Below, piece after piece: positions 48,717-61,100 of a stretch of DNA of 64,000 bases (position 1 is its first letter; every line of letters starts with the position of its first letter). The notes beneath the pieces were generated by a model that was given only the letters and a program-made list of their open reading frames with translations, was not told where the DNA came from and did no database searches. Source of the DNA: Takakia lepidozioides (lineage: Eukaryota; Plantae; Bryophyta); assembly GCA_030704615.1 (NCBI GenBank), contig CM060731.1, forward strand, positions 46,252,001-46,316,000, in the 5' to 3' direction. The translations under genes were made by a program, and so were the position numbers.

Positions 48717-50303
48717 GTGAAACGTCAGGTCTCAAGTTGGGAGGATTTAGGTTCTGAGAATGTGGGGTGCGGGTGGAAGAGGGCTGCAGGGGTGGACGTC
48801 TGAGAGGGTTGCTTTTAGGCTCTCTAGGTGATCTTGTCATATATGTGCTGCCTGGTGATCGCCCACGACAATTTTACAATGTTCGTTCTAGAAAGCTGTC
48901 ATCACCGCTTGCACTGCCTATGTTCTAATTCCTTATTCATATTCCCCACATGGCTCAGGCCCACTTTTCATGTCATGTGGATGGGTACATCATGACTGCA
49001 CTGAACAGTTCCTTCTTTTGAGTTTGAATGTTCATGTCTGCTGTAAGCAAAGAGAGGAAATGAAGGGTAGGCAGAGTGATGCAGTTGCCGTTTGGCACCA
49101 CAATTTAATCGGCTCTTTGAATATGCTCCAGGTGCAGAAAGTAATTAGAGTGCAGGAAATGCGGCTGGCTCCAAGGTGGTTATGGCAAAGTCAAGTGCTG
49201 CAAGGTAATCATTATCCATTGTAAGCTTATGAATGTTATATTTTGTTTCTGGAAGCTGAACTAGGAACTTGAAACGTGGAAAATCTGTTCTCCTCAAGTA
49301 TTCAGATTTGTCTATTTGTTGTCGCACTTTTCCTGGCTGTCTTACATTTTGGTATGGAATTCAATCAACCTGCTTGATGTCTGTAGGTTAGATTTTCTGG
49401 ACCTTGCTCAACTCTGCCAACCTTGTCTTGGCACATTCTATTGGAATTAATCTGGCTGGGTTCTCAACATGGCAATGTGTGATGCTTGCTGAGATGGACG
49501 GCAGTGTTCAATCCCGGATTCTTCATACTGACCGATTTCCTTCTAATAAAGACAATTGTTCTCAAAGACTTCATGCCAGAGAGACAAGTGAGGATCAGAA
49601 AGTTGAAGAGTCCGTGCAGGTGTGCTTGCATATGAAACAGAAGGATACATCAATTACATCTGTGTCAACAGTCTGTGGAGTGCGAGGCATTTGGGTTTCA
49701 TGGTCAGAGCAAAGGAAAGGTGTTGCTTATCTTCTGGATGCCATGCATTTCAAACTAAATCTCTTGAAAGTCAACATAGTTTACTGAGCTATTGTGTGCA
49801 TCCCATTGACCGTAAGCACTGAGAAACTGCACTTGAGATCTGACAGTGCTCATTCCTCTGTGCATGCCCGCTGGAGGACAACCATGATTATGCTGGGACT
49901 ATTGTGATGCCTGGAGGTCCTTTCCCAGGGAAATTGAGGCTACCGAAGTCAACAGACCATAGCTATACATACTCATGTATGTGAAAAACAATTCGAAATC
50001 AGTGAAATGCACGAAAGCCTCCCCCTCTCTTAACACCTCATTCAACATTGTGTGCTCTCTAGTTGGGTAATGGGATTGCTAAACCTTTATATCCAACACA
50101 ACCATCCTCTGGACACTCATTGAATCTGTGAGTGCTGTTGCAATTTCAAGAGATTTCATTTCTCCGATGGGCTCTTTGAAGGTTGTATAGTAACCATGCC
50201 AGTGAGCAGACTGCTGAGGATCTTGCTGAGGGTCTTGCAGCCAGGATGACGGGTGCCACCTTTGTGCAGACTCTGCGGCCTTCTTTTCGAAAAGTCACAA
50301 GTG

Positions 50304-50495
50304 GCCACATTTGTAGCCACCAACACTGAAATCTTGCCTTCATAAAAAGCATCACGTGTCTTCTCCCATTGATCTTGGGAGATGTCATCATGCAGGGCCT
50401 GACAACCCATTGTCTGCCCCATTGCCAAAGCAACTTCATCTGCATCTCTTTTTGTTGTTTGAACACAATTGACTTTCCTCCTTTGCCGTACACAC
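50304..50495 (-). pseudogene. DEAD-box RNA helicase fragment, RH3-like
   Basis: After a CAG acceptor it reads VYGKGGKSIVF/QTKRDADEVALAMGQTMGCQALHDDISQDQWEKTRDAFYEGKISVLVATNVA, with a frameshift and truncation. Confidence 0.82.
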
Positions 50496-52729
50496 CTGCC
50501 AACCCAATGGAACTTTTCGTTTTTGCATAAGATCAGTAACTTAGGGCCCATCAAACCAGCTTCGGCAATAGTATTTCTTAGAAAACTGAGCTTACCAGAA
50601 GGGTCCCCCTACCCATAGTCTGTCAGATTTGGCCATGTTTGCAAGTGAGTCTGATTGCTTCCATTGTGAGTCAGCTATTTCCTACTGCCTTGGGATTCTG
50701 TAAAGTGATCAGTAACAGTCTTTGCTCGGTTGTTTGTTATGGCCTCTCATACATCCTCACCGATCTCTTGTTGTTTGACAGTTCTCAGCATGTTTGTTTT
50801 CTGTGACTTGGGATGCACATATTGCTGACAGGGATGTCAGGTGGTGATGTGAATAAGATGGCTCCAGTGGCCACAATCTTTAGTTTGAGATGGACACGCT
50901 TGGTATTTTCGCCAATGGTCCGCACAACCTTCAGCTTTCAAGGGGATCTTGAATTTGCTCAATGTATTTATATCAAACACTAGTTCAGCCAGGTGCTAAA
51001 GTTAGTGATGGATGTTTCCCAATCATGAGACAACATATCTCCCTCCAGCCCAGACTCGGATGGAGATCGAACCCAATTGAGCTGCCCCCCATCCCCACCA
51101 CTACCATCCCACAGCCGCTCTCTCCCTCTCCTTGCCTATTGTTCGTGATCCTCGATGTTAGTGATTGGCCATTGATATTAGTCGCAGTAGTATATCAGAC
51201 TGTCATGTCAAAAAATCAGCCCCCTGCCATGCACACAGACAACCCACAAAACTGAGCACATATCTCTATCACCCCACCCTCCTGTCACCCCCCTACAATA
51301 CATAAGATCCATAAACAAAAACACCATCAACTGTCACTAATGTAAAGAGTTCTTGCAAGTAGCCACTACCAAAATTGACATCTATGAACCCTATCAATTT
51401 GTACGATGAACTCTTTGAAAGGCACATAAAGCGATTACCACAACAGCCACAACATATGCGACACCTCTGATTGTAAACAATGCATCTGTGGCATAAATGA
51501 GAACGCTAGACCATGTGGATAGCCGACGCTTGTAAAAGTACCAGGAGAGATGTACATGTGTAGCCTTGCTGCCATCCCCATGATGTACATGTGTAGCCTC
51601 TGCAATCAACAATTGGAAGTGCACATGAGTCTGTGCCTTTATGCCCCAAATAAGCCATGTGTTTGGGCTACAATATCCGCATGTTCACCATGGATGTATC
51701 CAGCACGAACAATAAGAGGCGGTGCCACCACTTATGGGTGCTCTGTTTGAGAAGAGTAAGATCCCCTCAACTGGAGCCGAAAGGTGAAATGGCTCTTTTG
51801 TTACGCCGGCCTCGGCCGGAATTCTCTCTCCTCTCAAGTAGTCAATGTACATCAACCCCACGCATGTTGGCATGATATTCCCCATGAATGGGAGATAACT
51901 CCACCACCACCGGTGCACCAATAGCCCCATCCCATCGCCGAACTGTTGCTGGTTCAACAACACTAGGGAGGGGACCAGTAGATAACAAAAAAACCCCTTT
52001 GTGATCCAACCACAACAAAGACAAATCTTTTGGAACCTATGCATTTTGAGCCACACATCTCCACGACTCCCTCAAGTATGCCCAAGCAAGGATAATGGGA
52101 CAACAATAAGGTTAGTCCTCCAAATGCCACTGGCGCCAACATATGTTCCTAGCTTCAGCAACATATGTTCCTAGCTTCAGCAGCTCCCATAAAAACTTAG
52201 AAGATGTAAAGAAGTTATCAATGACCACTGTGTGATCCACGTGTAATAGCCCTTCTATCATCTTCATCACCGCATGGAATCCCTGGTTGGCTCTTTCCTC
52301 TTACATTGCAGCCCATCACTACCCCTTCAACTCCCAAATACACTGAAATGTTGTACACATTCAGCGTCAGCCAAACACCATACCTTGGTACTCCATTTAA
52401 TATGTTTGTTTTTCATGCACTGCAGCGTTGAGATGTCCCAAACTGCGGGCCCATGTGATTGGTACCGTTGGAAAGCCTTGACGAGGAAGGTGCACCAGCT
52501 TGGTCTCATGATTTTTGGACCTGCGGTGTGGGAGATGACGAATCTCATGTACTTTTGGTCGCTGGAAATTCGTGAAAAATAGCAAAGTGGGCTTTCCTGG
52601 GAAAATGATTGGAGCCTCGACAGGAGATATATCAATAATGATTGGATATATTACTCCTCAACAAATTCACGGAAAAAAAAAAATTGGGCCTTAACATGGG
52701 AGACGTACTTGGATACATAGGTGAGCTTA

Positions 52730-53291
52730 GAGCATCCCCACCGGCCCGCTATCAGCCACGGATGCGGAAAAATTTCGTTTCGTAGAAAAAAACCATAAAA
52801 ACCATGCCTATGCTACAACGCGCGGTAAGGTTCCGTGCACTCCAAATTGTCTGCGGACCCCAAAACTTGTCGTGTCCTTCCGGGCCCGCTATATCTCACG
52901 TCAGACAGACACCCTTAAAAACAGTATGACGCCTCCAAAAGGAAGCGTAACTTATGGAGTCACTTCACCCCGAAGGGCTACTGCCTTCATGCTAGGAAGG
53001 TGGACACCTTCATGACACACCAGACCGTGGTTTGAACCCACAACCACATCCAACGTGGTATATGCCCATTACCACTGGGCTACATGCTAGTTGTCTAGAC
53101 ACACCTAGAGTCAAGCGAGCATCGGACCAGATGCTCGCAAGCGGAGGGCGAGCGGGAGGTTGGCGGGAGGTTTGCTCTGCCAGCGGTGGGGAGCATTCCG
53201 CCTACAGCCCCCATCTTCTTGCATGCTATGCACATGCCTCAATAAAAGGCAATTGTTGTATCCATATACCGAGCTACCGGTGGGGATGCTC
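52730..53291. mobile_element. PIF/Harbinger (Tourist-like) MITE
   Basis: Perfect 15-bp TIR GAGCATCCCCACCGG; TSD TTA (52727-52729 / 53292-53294). Confidence 0.93.
52917..53094 (-). mobile_element. tRNA-derived SINE, second copy, inside the Tourist MITE
   Basis: The reverse complement aligns with 39804-39975 (GCATGTAGCCCAGTGGTAATGGGCA...GGGTTCAAACCACGGTCTGGTG...GAAGGCAGTAGCCCTT). Confidence 0.82.
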
Positions 53292-53700
53292 TTAGATGAC
53301 ACTAGATACTTGGGCCTCTACATGGGAAATGCACTTGGATACATGAATAGAAGATTAGATGAGCCTCGACATAGGACGCACTTGGTGTCTTGGATTTCAA
53401 TTCTCCACACATGGGCCAATGGCATAGGCTACACTAGAAACTGCAAAGTCTCTGGATACGTAGGGGATTTGCACTTGGACATACCGTCCCTTATTAATCG
53501 TTTAGGCATTTTTGCGCCTAACAATTATTAAAAACCAGACAGACTGCTTAGGCACGTTTCTCAAACCATTTCTCACATTAGGCATCTTCATGCTATAAGT
53601 TTTTTGACTTAGGCACATGATCAAATCTAGCGACAACCGAAGGTCGAAAGCTAGTTTAGCGTAGAGAGCAGGAATAGGGTAAGCAGTGCAGGGAAGAGAG

Positions 53701-56275
53701 ATGTCTTGCAACGCGGGGGTGATGATGTCCCTGCGTGCGGAAGGGTTTCACACATCCTAAGTACATGGTGGATGCTGCAGAACAGGAATTGTTATGGGGC
53801 AAGCAGGTTTCTGTCGCTATGGATCCACTCTTGACCACATTTTCACTCTTCAGACTATGGTAGAATGTGCAACTTATGTCAATGCAATCAGATCTCTTCT
53901 ACGCTATAATCGACACTCTTGCCCTCTTGAAGCTTTTGGTATGTCCGGCACGTAGATCAGCGCTGGAGCATGGGACAGCGCTGGCAGGAGTTCTTTAAAG
54001 ATCCTTCACAATGGCTTTACAGCGCTAACAATGTGTGCTTTCTTCATGTAGGATGCAAAGGAGTCTGTCAAGGAGGGACTGCCTCTGGAGCAACATATTT
54101 TTGTGGGTTGGTGGAATGTACCCCTATTCGTTGGGTTGAGTTACAGTCTCCCTTTGTCTTGCAAAAACGGCTCTTTCTATGGGTATTGCAGTGTTTTCTT
54201 CCCAAGCATGGCATTAAAGCCTAGGATCTTTCCCTGGAACTTGCAAGCTACTTGAGCGGGCGGGTTGGCTGTTCCGTTTAGTTTCACAAAGCTGTGGTTA
54301 GGTTTAGTCTTACAAAGCTGTGGTTAAAACTGTGGCTGCTTAGCTCTATCATTGTGGTTGTCTCCAGGGCTACCAGGCTCGCACATTGCAAACAAAAACA
54401 AAAACTCCAAAATATGCAGACTATAGATGGAAACAGTGCAACCAGCGAGAGTTGGTTGAATTCTCCGTGGGTGAAAGAAAAGCTAATTGCCTTGACAATC
54501 GATGCAAAAAGGTGAATGCCTGTTGGATTTCAGAAAGTAGCAGATGCAATTGAGCATATGAACTAGTGTGATAGGCTGTCATTGTCAGCTGCTAGCAGCA
54601 AATGTATGCAAGCAGCAAATGTATGCATGATTTCTCGGGGTTACTACTCCCTATATATACTTTTGTGACTGTCCGCGGGGGTTTCACAAACAACCCTGCC
54701 ATTTTATTGTGTAGATGCATGGATAGCTGAAGGAGCAGGGAACAATAAACAGTGCTCTGGTGGACATGTATGCCAAATGTGGGAGCATTGAGGATGCGAA
54801 ATGAGTGTTCAACACTATGGCTGAACGAGATGTGGTGTCGTGGAAAGCAATGCTTGCAGGGTATGCACATCAGGGGCGCGGGATGGAGGCTTTGGAGACC
54901 TATTGAGCAAATGATGGGGGAAGGGGTGAAGCCTGACCACATCACGAACTATGATCGAGTACAAGGGGATTGTCAAGGGTCCAAGACGTCCGCTTGTTAA
55001 GAAGGTGGATCAGAGGACATGTTCAGACTTGTAATTGTGTGCGTTTGCAGAGCGTGTGCAAGCCTGGCAGCCGCCCTGGAAAAGGGCAAGGAGGTGCATG
55101 GTTGCATCACCAAAGCTGGAATTTTACCCGATTTGATTCTGAACAATACCCTAGTGGACATGTATGCCAAATGTTGGGAGCATTGAGAATGCGGTTGGAG
55201 TGTTCAACACTATGGGTGAACGAGATGTGATGTCATGGAACGCGATGCTTGCAGGATGTGCACAGCAAGGGCGAGGGATGGAGGCTTGGGAGACCTATGA
55301 GCCAATGATGGGGGAAGGGGTGAAGCCCGACCACATAATGTTTGTGTGCGTTTGCAGTGCGTGTGCAAGCCTGACAGCCCTGGAAAAGGGCAAAGAGGTC
55401 AATGGTTGCATCATCAAATCTGGAATTGTACCAAATGTGATTCTGAACAATACCCTTGTAGACATGCATTGAGGATGCGGAAGGAATGTTCAACAATATG
55501 CCTGAATGAGATTTGGTGTCATGGAACGTCATGCTTGCAGGATGTGCACAGCAGGGGCGTAGGATGGAGGCCTTGGAGACCTATGAGCAAATGATAGGGG
55601 AAGGGGTGAAGTGCAACAACATCACATTTGTATGCGTTTGCAATGCTTGTGCAAGCCTGGAAGCCCTGGAAAAGGGCAAAGAGGTGCATGGTGACATCAT
55701 GAAAGCTGGAATTGTACCAATTGTCATTTTGGACACTGCCCTGGTGGACATGTATGCGAAATGTGGGTGCATTGAGGATGCAAAGGGAGTATGTGACAAT
55801 ATGGCTAAACGAAATGTGGTGTCGTAGAACGCGATGATTGCAGGATATGCCCAGCATGGTTGTCATAAGGAGGTCCTACAACTATTTGAAGGAATGCAAA
55901 AGAACGGTTTGAAGCCGGACAGTATCACCTTTATATGTGTTCTCTCTGCATGCAACCACACTGGCCTACTGGATGAAGGAAGACGCTACTGGGATTCCCC
56001 GAGTCAAGATCATGGTGTCATTCCGACAGTGAGGCACTTTGGCTGCATGGTGGACATTCTTGGACGTGCGGGACAACTAGATGATGCAATGGACCTGATT
56101 AATAAGAATGCCAATCAATCCAGATGTTGTAGTATGGAAGGCCTTGTTAATCCATGTCAATGTGAAGATGGCTGAACGTGCGGCGACATCTATCCTCAAA
56201 TGGGATGAACAAGATGCCGCGACTTATATGTCGCTATCAAACATCTATGCTGCAGCTGGCAGGTGGGATCCATCT
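53701..56275 (+). pseudogene. Decayed PLS-E class PPR gene with upstream OSB-type PDF-motif remnants
   Basis: Repeated P-L-S triplets at 54752-55900, then CSACNHTGLLDEG..HFGCMVDILGRAGQLDDA and E domain MPINPDVVVWKALL..YMSLSNIYAAAGRWD. No DYW domain; many frameshifts. Upstream are WQEFFKDPSQW (53982-54014), SWLNSPWVKEKL (~54450) and DNRCKK|GT (54494-54511). The 5' start is tentative. Confidence 0.85.
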
Positions 56276-56684
56276 GAGCAGCAGAATGTTCTCTCTGCAT
56301 TTTACCAGCGCCTAACAACAAGTTGTATGTCCCATCACATTTCACATGAGCTTATTCTTCATTGCCGCATGAGCTTCTTTGCCGCTAACCTTGGCTGCTT
56401 AGTGCCACGGGGTCTAAGTCATGCTTGTTGTACCAAGGTTTTGTGAGGGTCGGCTTGGTTAGTATTTGTCCATAATCAGCTTTCTTTACCTTGGCACATA
56501 ATCTATATAAAATACCATTTCATTTCATTTACGTTGGCACAAAATCTGCTAGTTCTCACTGCTGTAGTTACAATGTTGCCATGAAGCCAATGCATACTAT
56601 TTAGACAAGGTTTTCTGTGATCTGATCCAGCAAGTGGATGTGCAGCTTGCAATCTTACGGACAATCACTAGGACTCTATTTCAG

Positions 56685-56820
56685 TATCTATTTCAGTATT
56701 TCAATAATATAATTTCAGCCAGATTTTCAGCAAGTATTTCAATATTTCAGCCAGTTTTCCAGCAAATATGTCAGTATTTCAGCCAGTTTTTCAGCAAGTA
56801 TTTTAATATTTCAGCGAGTA
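56685..56820 (+). repeat. Degenerate ~32-bp tandem repeat
   Basis: TATTTCAGCCAGTTTTTCAGCAAGTATTTCAA-type unit, about 4 copies. Confidence 0.65.
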
Positions 56821-56829
56821 ATAATTACT

Positions 56830-56981
56830 GCCTCTCATTTTACAATAATTGGGACCTTATGGTGCACGCTCGAGTTGACTGGTGGGCCCCACGCACGGAC
56901 GCCTGGTTCCCCCCACCCGTTGCTGCGCGCGGTTGCCCGCCGCGGCCAGTCCGCTTCCCCTCAATCCGGCAAACCACCAGT
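56830..56981 (+). mobile_element. Terminus of a second copy of the MULE family seen at 19865
   Basis: GCCTCTCATTTTACAATAATTGGGAC.TTATGG.GCACGC...GGTGGGCCCC matches the reverse complement of ~19750-19865. Cut off by a CACTA end at 56982. Confidence 0.8.
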
Positions 56982-58182
56982 CACTACAGCAAATGGGGGG
57001 GGGGGGTGTTTGTGACGCCAGCTGCGCCCCCACGCCCCGCGTGGCGCTGAGCATGCGACGCCAACCCCGCGGAGCCTGTTTGCAACGTCGGGCCGTCGCA
57101 GGCAAACCCTGCGGGTCGCCACCTGGCACCGGGGCCAGGCAACGACGCCTGGCCGTCGTACGGGCGGATGAAGGGCAACAGGCAAGCGTCGCCCCCAACG
57201 AAGGGCAGAATGCAGCCCTTTCTGGCGACGGCCGATCGTCACAAGCCGGAAAAAAAACAACCCTTTCTTGCCCTTTCTTTCATCACAGCCCTTTATTGCG
57301 ACGCCCGGCCGTCGCATGGTGGCATGAAGGGCAAAAGGCCCCTGCGACGGCCGGGCGTCGCAAACAGCCCGGCTGCCCTATTCTTTCAAAACAAAAAAAA
57401 CATGTCACAGTTTGCGACGGCTTGCCGTCGCCGATTGCGACCCTCGGCCTCATAAATCCATTCTTTCAAAACAAAAAACATGTCGTAGTTGGCGACGGTT
57501 TGTCGTCGCCGTTTGCGACCCCCGGCCTCATAAATCTAAAAAAACGCGTCGCGGGTTGCGACGCGTGGGGGTCGCAGGCAGCGACGACAGGGCTTTCTAG
57601 GTTTAGGTTTAGGGCCTTTGGGGATTCTTAGTTTTTTTTGTTTTTCATATGGTACTGGGGTAGGGTGTTTGTTTTTCTTTATGGTTTAGCTTGTTGTTGT
57701 GGATCTTCTTGTAGATTGTGATATTCATTTTGATAATTCTCTTGATACCACATCTGTATGTGTTGGTCCAACATATTCATTGCATCTACCTTCTTTCTTA
57801 AAAGACTACCAGCCAAAGGCATATTTGATCAATCATAGAAATAAACTACAATATACATGTACATGTACAATCAATCGAAAGGATGGGTCCAGTTCGGTGC
57901 GAGAATTTTTTTGTAGCTTTGATTTTGTGTCTAATAAACTTGAACATCATCATCCGGAGCTTCTTCATCCTCATCAAGCTACAAGTCTTCTTGGTAATCA
58001 GAGTCATCGTCATAAATGGTCCGGCCCTCAAAAGGCACCTCTGAATCATCCTCCACCTCGTTGTCAATGGCCGTGTCTTCGTCTCTTTCTCCAACATCCG
58101 CATCTTTTGGAGCTTCAGTACGGTTGAGCCTATCTGCATTGACGCGCATGAAACCACAATCATCTTGCACTAGTATTGCGGA

Positions 58183-61100
58183 GGACCAAGACTCACCGCG
58201 ACTCATCCCCGGGAGTCGAGGGTTTTCGTGGTGGTTGGTGCAAGCCCGTTAGTGACCAAAAACTAGTGAGTAAGCGTGCGAGCCGGAAAGCGACCAAGGT
58301 GTGGGGAGCTGTTCCAGATTGCCATCGACCAAAGGGAAGTTCCACTTAACCCAAATTGAGAGAGGGTCTCGTGGAGGAGTAAAGAGGGACCGTTATGTCC
58401 CGGTGAGCAGCCGAAGCTCCGAGATGAGGAGAAGACCGCGTGTAGGACAAGATATGATTCATATGAGTTTTTGGTGATGCCCTTTGGGCTCACCAACGCA
58501 CCCGCGACCTTTAGTACGCTAATGAACAGCCTTTTCCAGGAATGGTTGGATGACTTTGTGATCGTGTACATCGACAACATCTTGGTGTACTCAAAAACAA
58601 AGGAAGAGCACCTGGAGCACCTCAAAAGGGTGTTCCAGAAATTGCGGGAAGGGAAGCTGTATGCCAAAGCATCAAAGTACGAATTCGGGGTCACAAAAGT
58701 GGAGTTCATAGGGCATGTGATTACACAGGACGAGATCAAAATGGATGACAGAAAGGTGAGGGCAATCTTGGACTGGGAGCCTCCGACTTCGGTCCCAGGA
58801 ATGCGATCCTTCCTAGGACTCGCCTCCTATTACCAAAAGTATGTGAGAAATTTTGCCAAGATCGCGGGACCACTGTCGGACCTTTTGTGTAAGTCCAAGG
58901 TATGGGTATAGAACATCTTTTGTGGCCAAGCTTTTGCCGAGTTGAAGCATCGGATGGCGGAAGTTCCGGTCCTAAAAATCCCGGAGTTCGACCGTCCATT
59001 TGAGATTCATACAGATGCGTCAAACTTTCACAATTGGGGGTGTACTCATGCAGGATGGACGTCCAGTGGCTTACGAAAGTAAGAAACTGAATGAAGTGGA
59101 GCGATGGTGGCCTACGCACGAGAAAGAAATGAAGACGGTGGTGCATTGACTTGAGCTTTGGCGCCACTATGATGGTTCCAACCCGGTGAAGGTGTTCACG
59201 GACAATGTCACGGTGAAGTATTTTGCCACGCAGCCTAAGTTGTCCCCAAAACAACTTAGGTGGCAAGACACTTTGGCGGTGTTCGACGTGGATATTCAGT
59301 ACAAACCGGGACGGGACAATGTGGTGGCTGATGCTTTAAGTAGAAAGCAACAGCTCATGTTGGTGTACAGGGGCGAGACGGCGCTCCAAAGGAAGATCCA
59401 GAAGGCTTACCGAAAGGATGAGATGGCGAAGTCCATGATGCGAGACTTGAGGATGGGGGTTAAATCGCAGTTCCACTTGCAAAATGGACTGCTCCGGTAC
59501 AAGCAAAAGCGTCTCTACGTGCCGAAGGGAGGGATCAGAGATAGTCTCTTGAGAGAATGCCATGATGGCCCGCTTGTAGGCCACGACGGAGCCAAGCGCA
59601 CCGCGGCACTCTTGAAGAAGGAGTATTTCTGGCCCAAACTGAGGGAGGAGGCCGAGGAGTATGTCAAGACGTGCACCACATGCCAACAAAACCGGAGCGA
59701 GTACAAAAAGCAAGAGGGGTTGTTACAACCTTTGCCGATTCTAGATAGGTCTTGGGAAAGTGTCTCGATGGATTTCATGACTGCTATGCCGCTGTCAAAA
59801 GGATTTTGATGCAATCATGGTGGTGGTGAATAGGTTCAGTAAAATGGGCCATTTCATCCCAACCAAGGAGACGGCAACAGCGCAAGAGACGGGGCGACTT
59901 TACTTCGCTCACGTCTTCAAGCATCATGGACTCCCGAAGGATATTGTCTCGGACCGTGATCCAAAGTTTACAAGTAAAGTTTGGAGGGCACTTTGGAAGA
60001 AAATGGGGATGAGGCTCAAGATGACCACCGCCTTCCGACCTACGACGGACGGCCAAACGGAAAAGGTGAATTCCGTGGTGAAGCAGATCTTGCGGAATTA
60101 CGTGTCGGTAGACCAATCGGACTGGATAGAGCACTTGGATGCGGCAGAGTTCTGTTATAATAACACAAAACACTCCGCAACGGGAGTTTCCCTTTTCGTA
60201 TTGGTCTATGGAAAAGCACCTCTAGTGCCGACAAGTTGGGCCGCCCAAGACGTTGAGGAACCGGCAGCAGCAGCGGTGCTGGAAGAACACGAGCGTTTGT
60301 TGAAGCTCACAAAGTACAACATTGCCAAAACTAGGAAACGGTATGAACGGCAAGCGAATCGGAAGCGGAGGGAAGTTAAGTTTGAGGCAGGCAAGGAGGT
60401 CTGGTTGAACATCAAGAATTTTCGACTACCTCCGGAAGTGAGTCCGAAATTCGTACCTCCGTATGCGGGACCCTTTCGCATCCGGAAGGTTATGAATGAG
60501 GATGTGTATGAATTGGAGCTGCCGGCAAACAACAAGGTGCATCCGGTGTTTCACGTCTCCATTTTGAAGCCTTACTTCAAAGATGAAGCGCGTCCGAATC
60601 GGCATCAAGTGTTGGGTCCGCCACCTGTGCTGTTAAATGAACCTGAGTACGAGGTGGAGCAGTGCTTAAGTCAAGGAGGTTCAAGAATCGAGAAACGGAG
60701 TATCTCGTGAAATGGAAGGGCTATCATCATGTGGAGACATCTTGGGTGCGTGCCTCAGAAATGGGAAATGCATCCGAGGCGATTGCAGCTTATGAAAGGC
60801 GACATCAAAAGCGGAAGAAGCGTTGATGGGGACATCAACCTTGGATCGTGGGGGAGGAAATGCGTGCTTAGCCCGGCTTAGCTAGCTCAGGAATTCGATT
60901 GCAAAAACTTGTATTGTACAAATTTTGTTATAAATGAAATGGTTTCCAAATGTTGTGCGTCCTATTTTGTTTGGAATGGTGATGCATGGTATGGTTGGCT
61001 AGTGTGTAGAATGCATGCTAGCTTACAAAAGTGGGAGAGGTAAATTGGATTAATCGTGTGTTTGCATAGTGCAGAAATCGGGTGACTCCCATCCAAGGGG

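Noticed and set aside
19750-56981. The 19865 and 56830 termini as the two TIRs of one 37-kb element
   Set aside because: They face away from each other: similarity extends left of 19865 and right of 56830. They are ends of two separate copies.
57595-57620. Interstitial telomere repeat
   Set aside because: Only about 3 degenerate TTTAGG units, within CACTA subterminal DNA.
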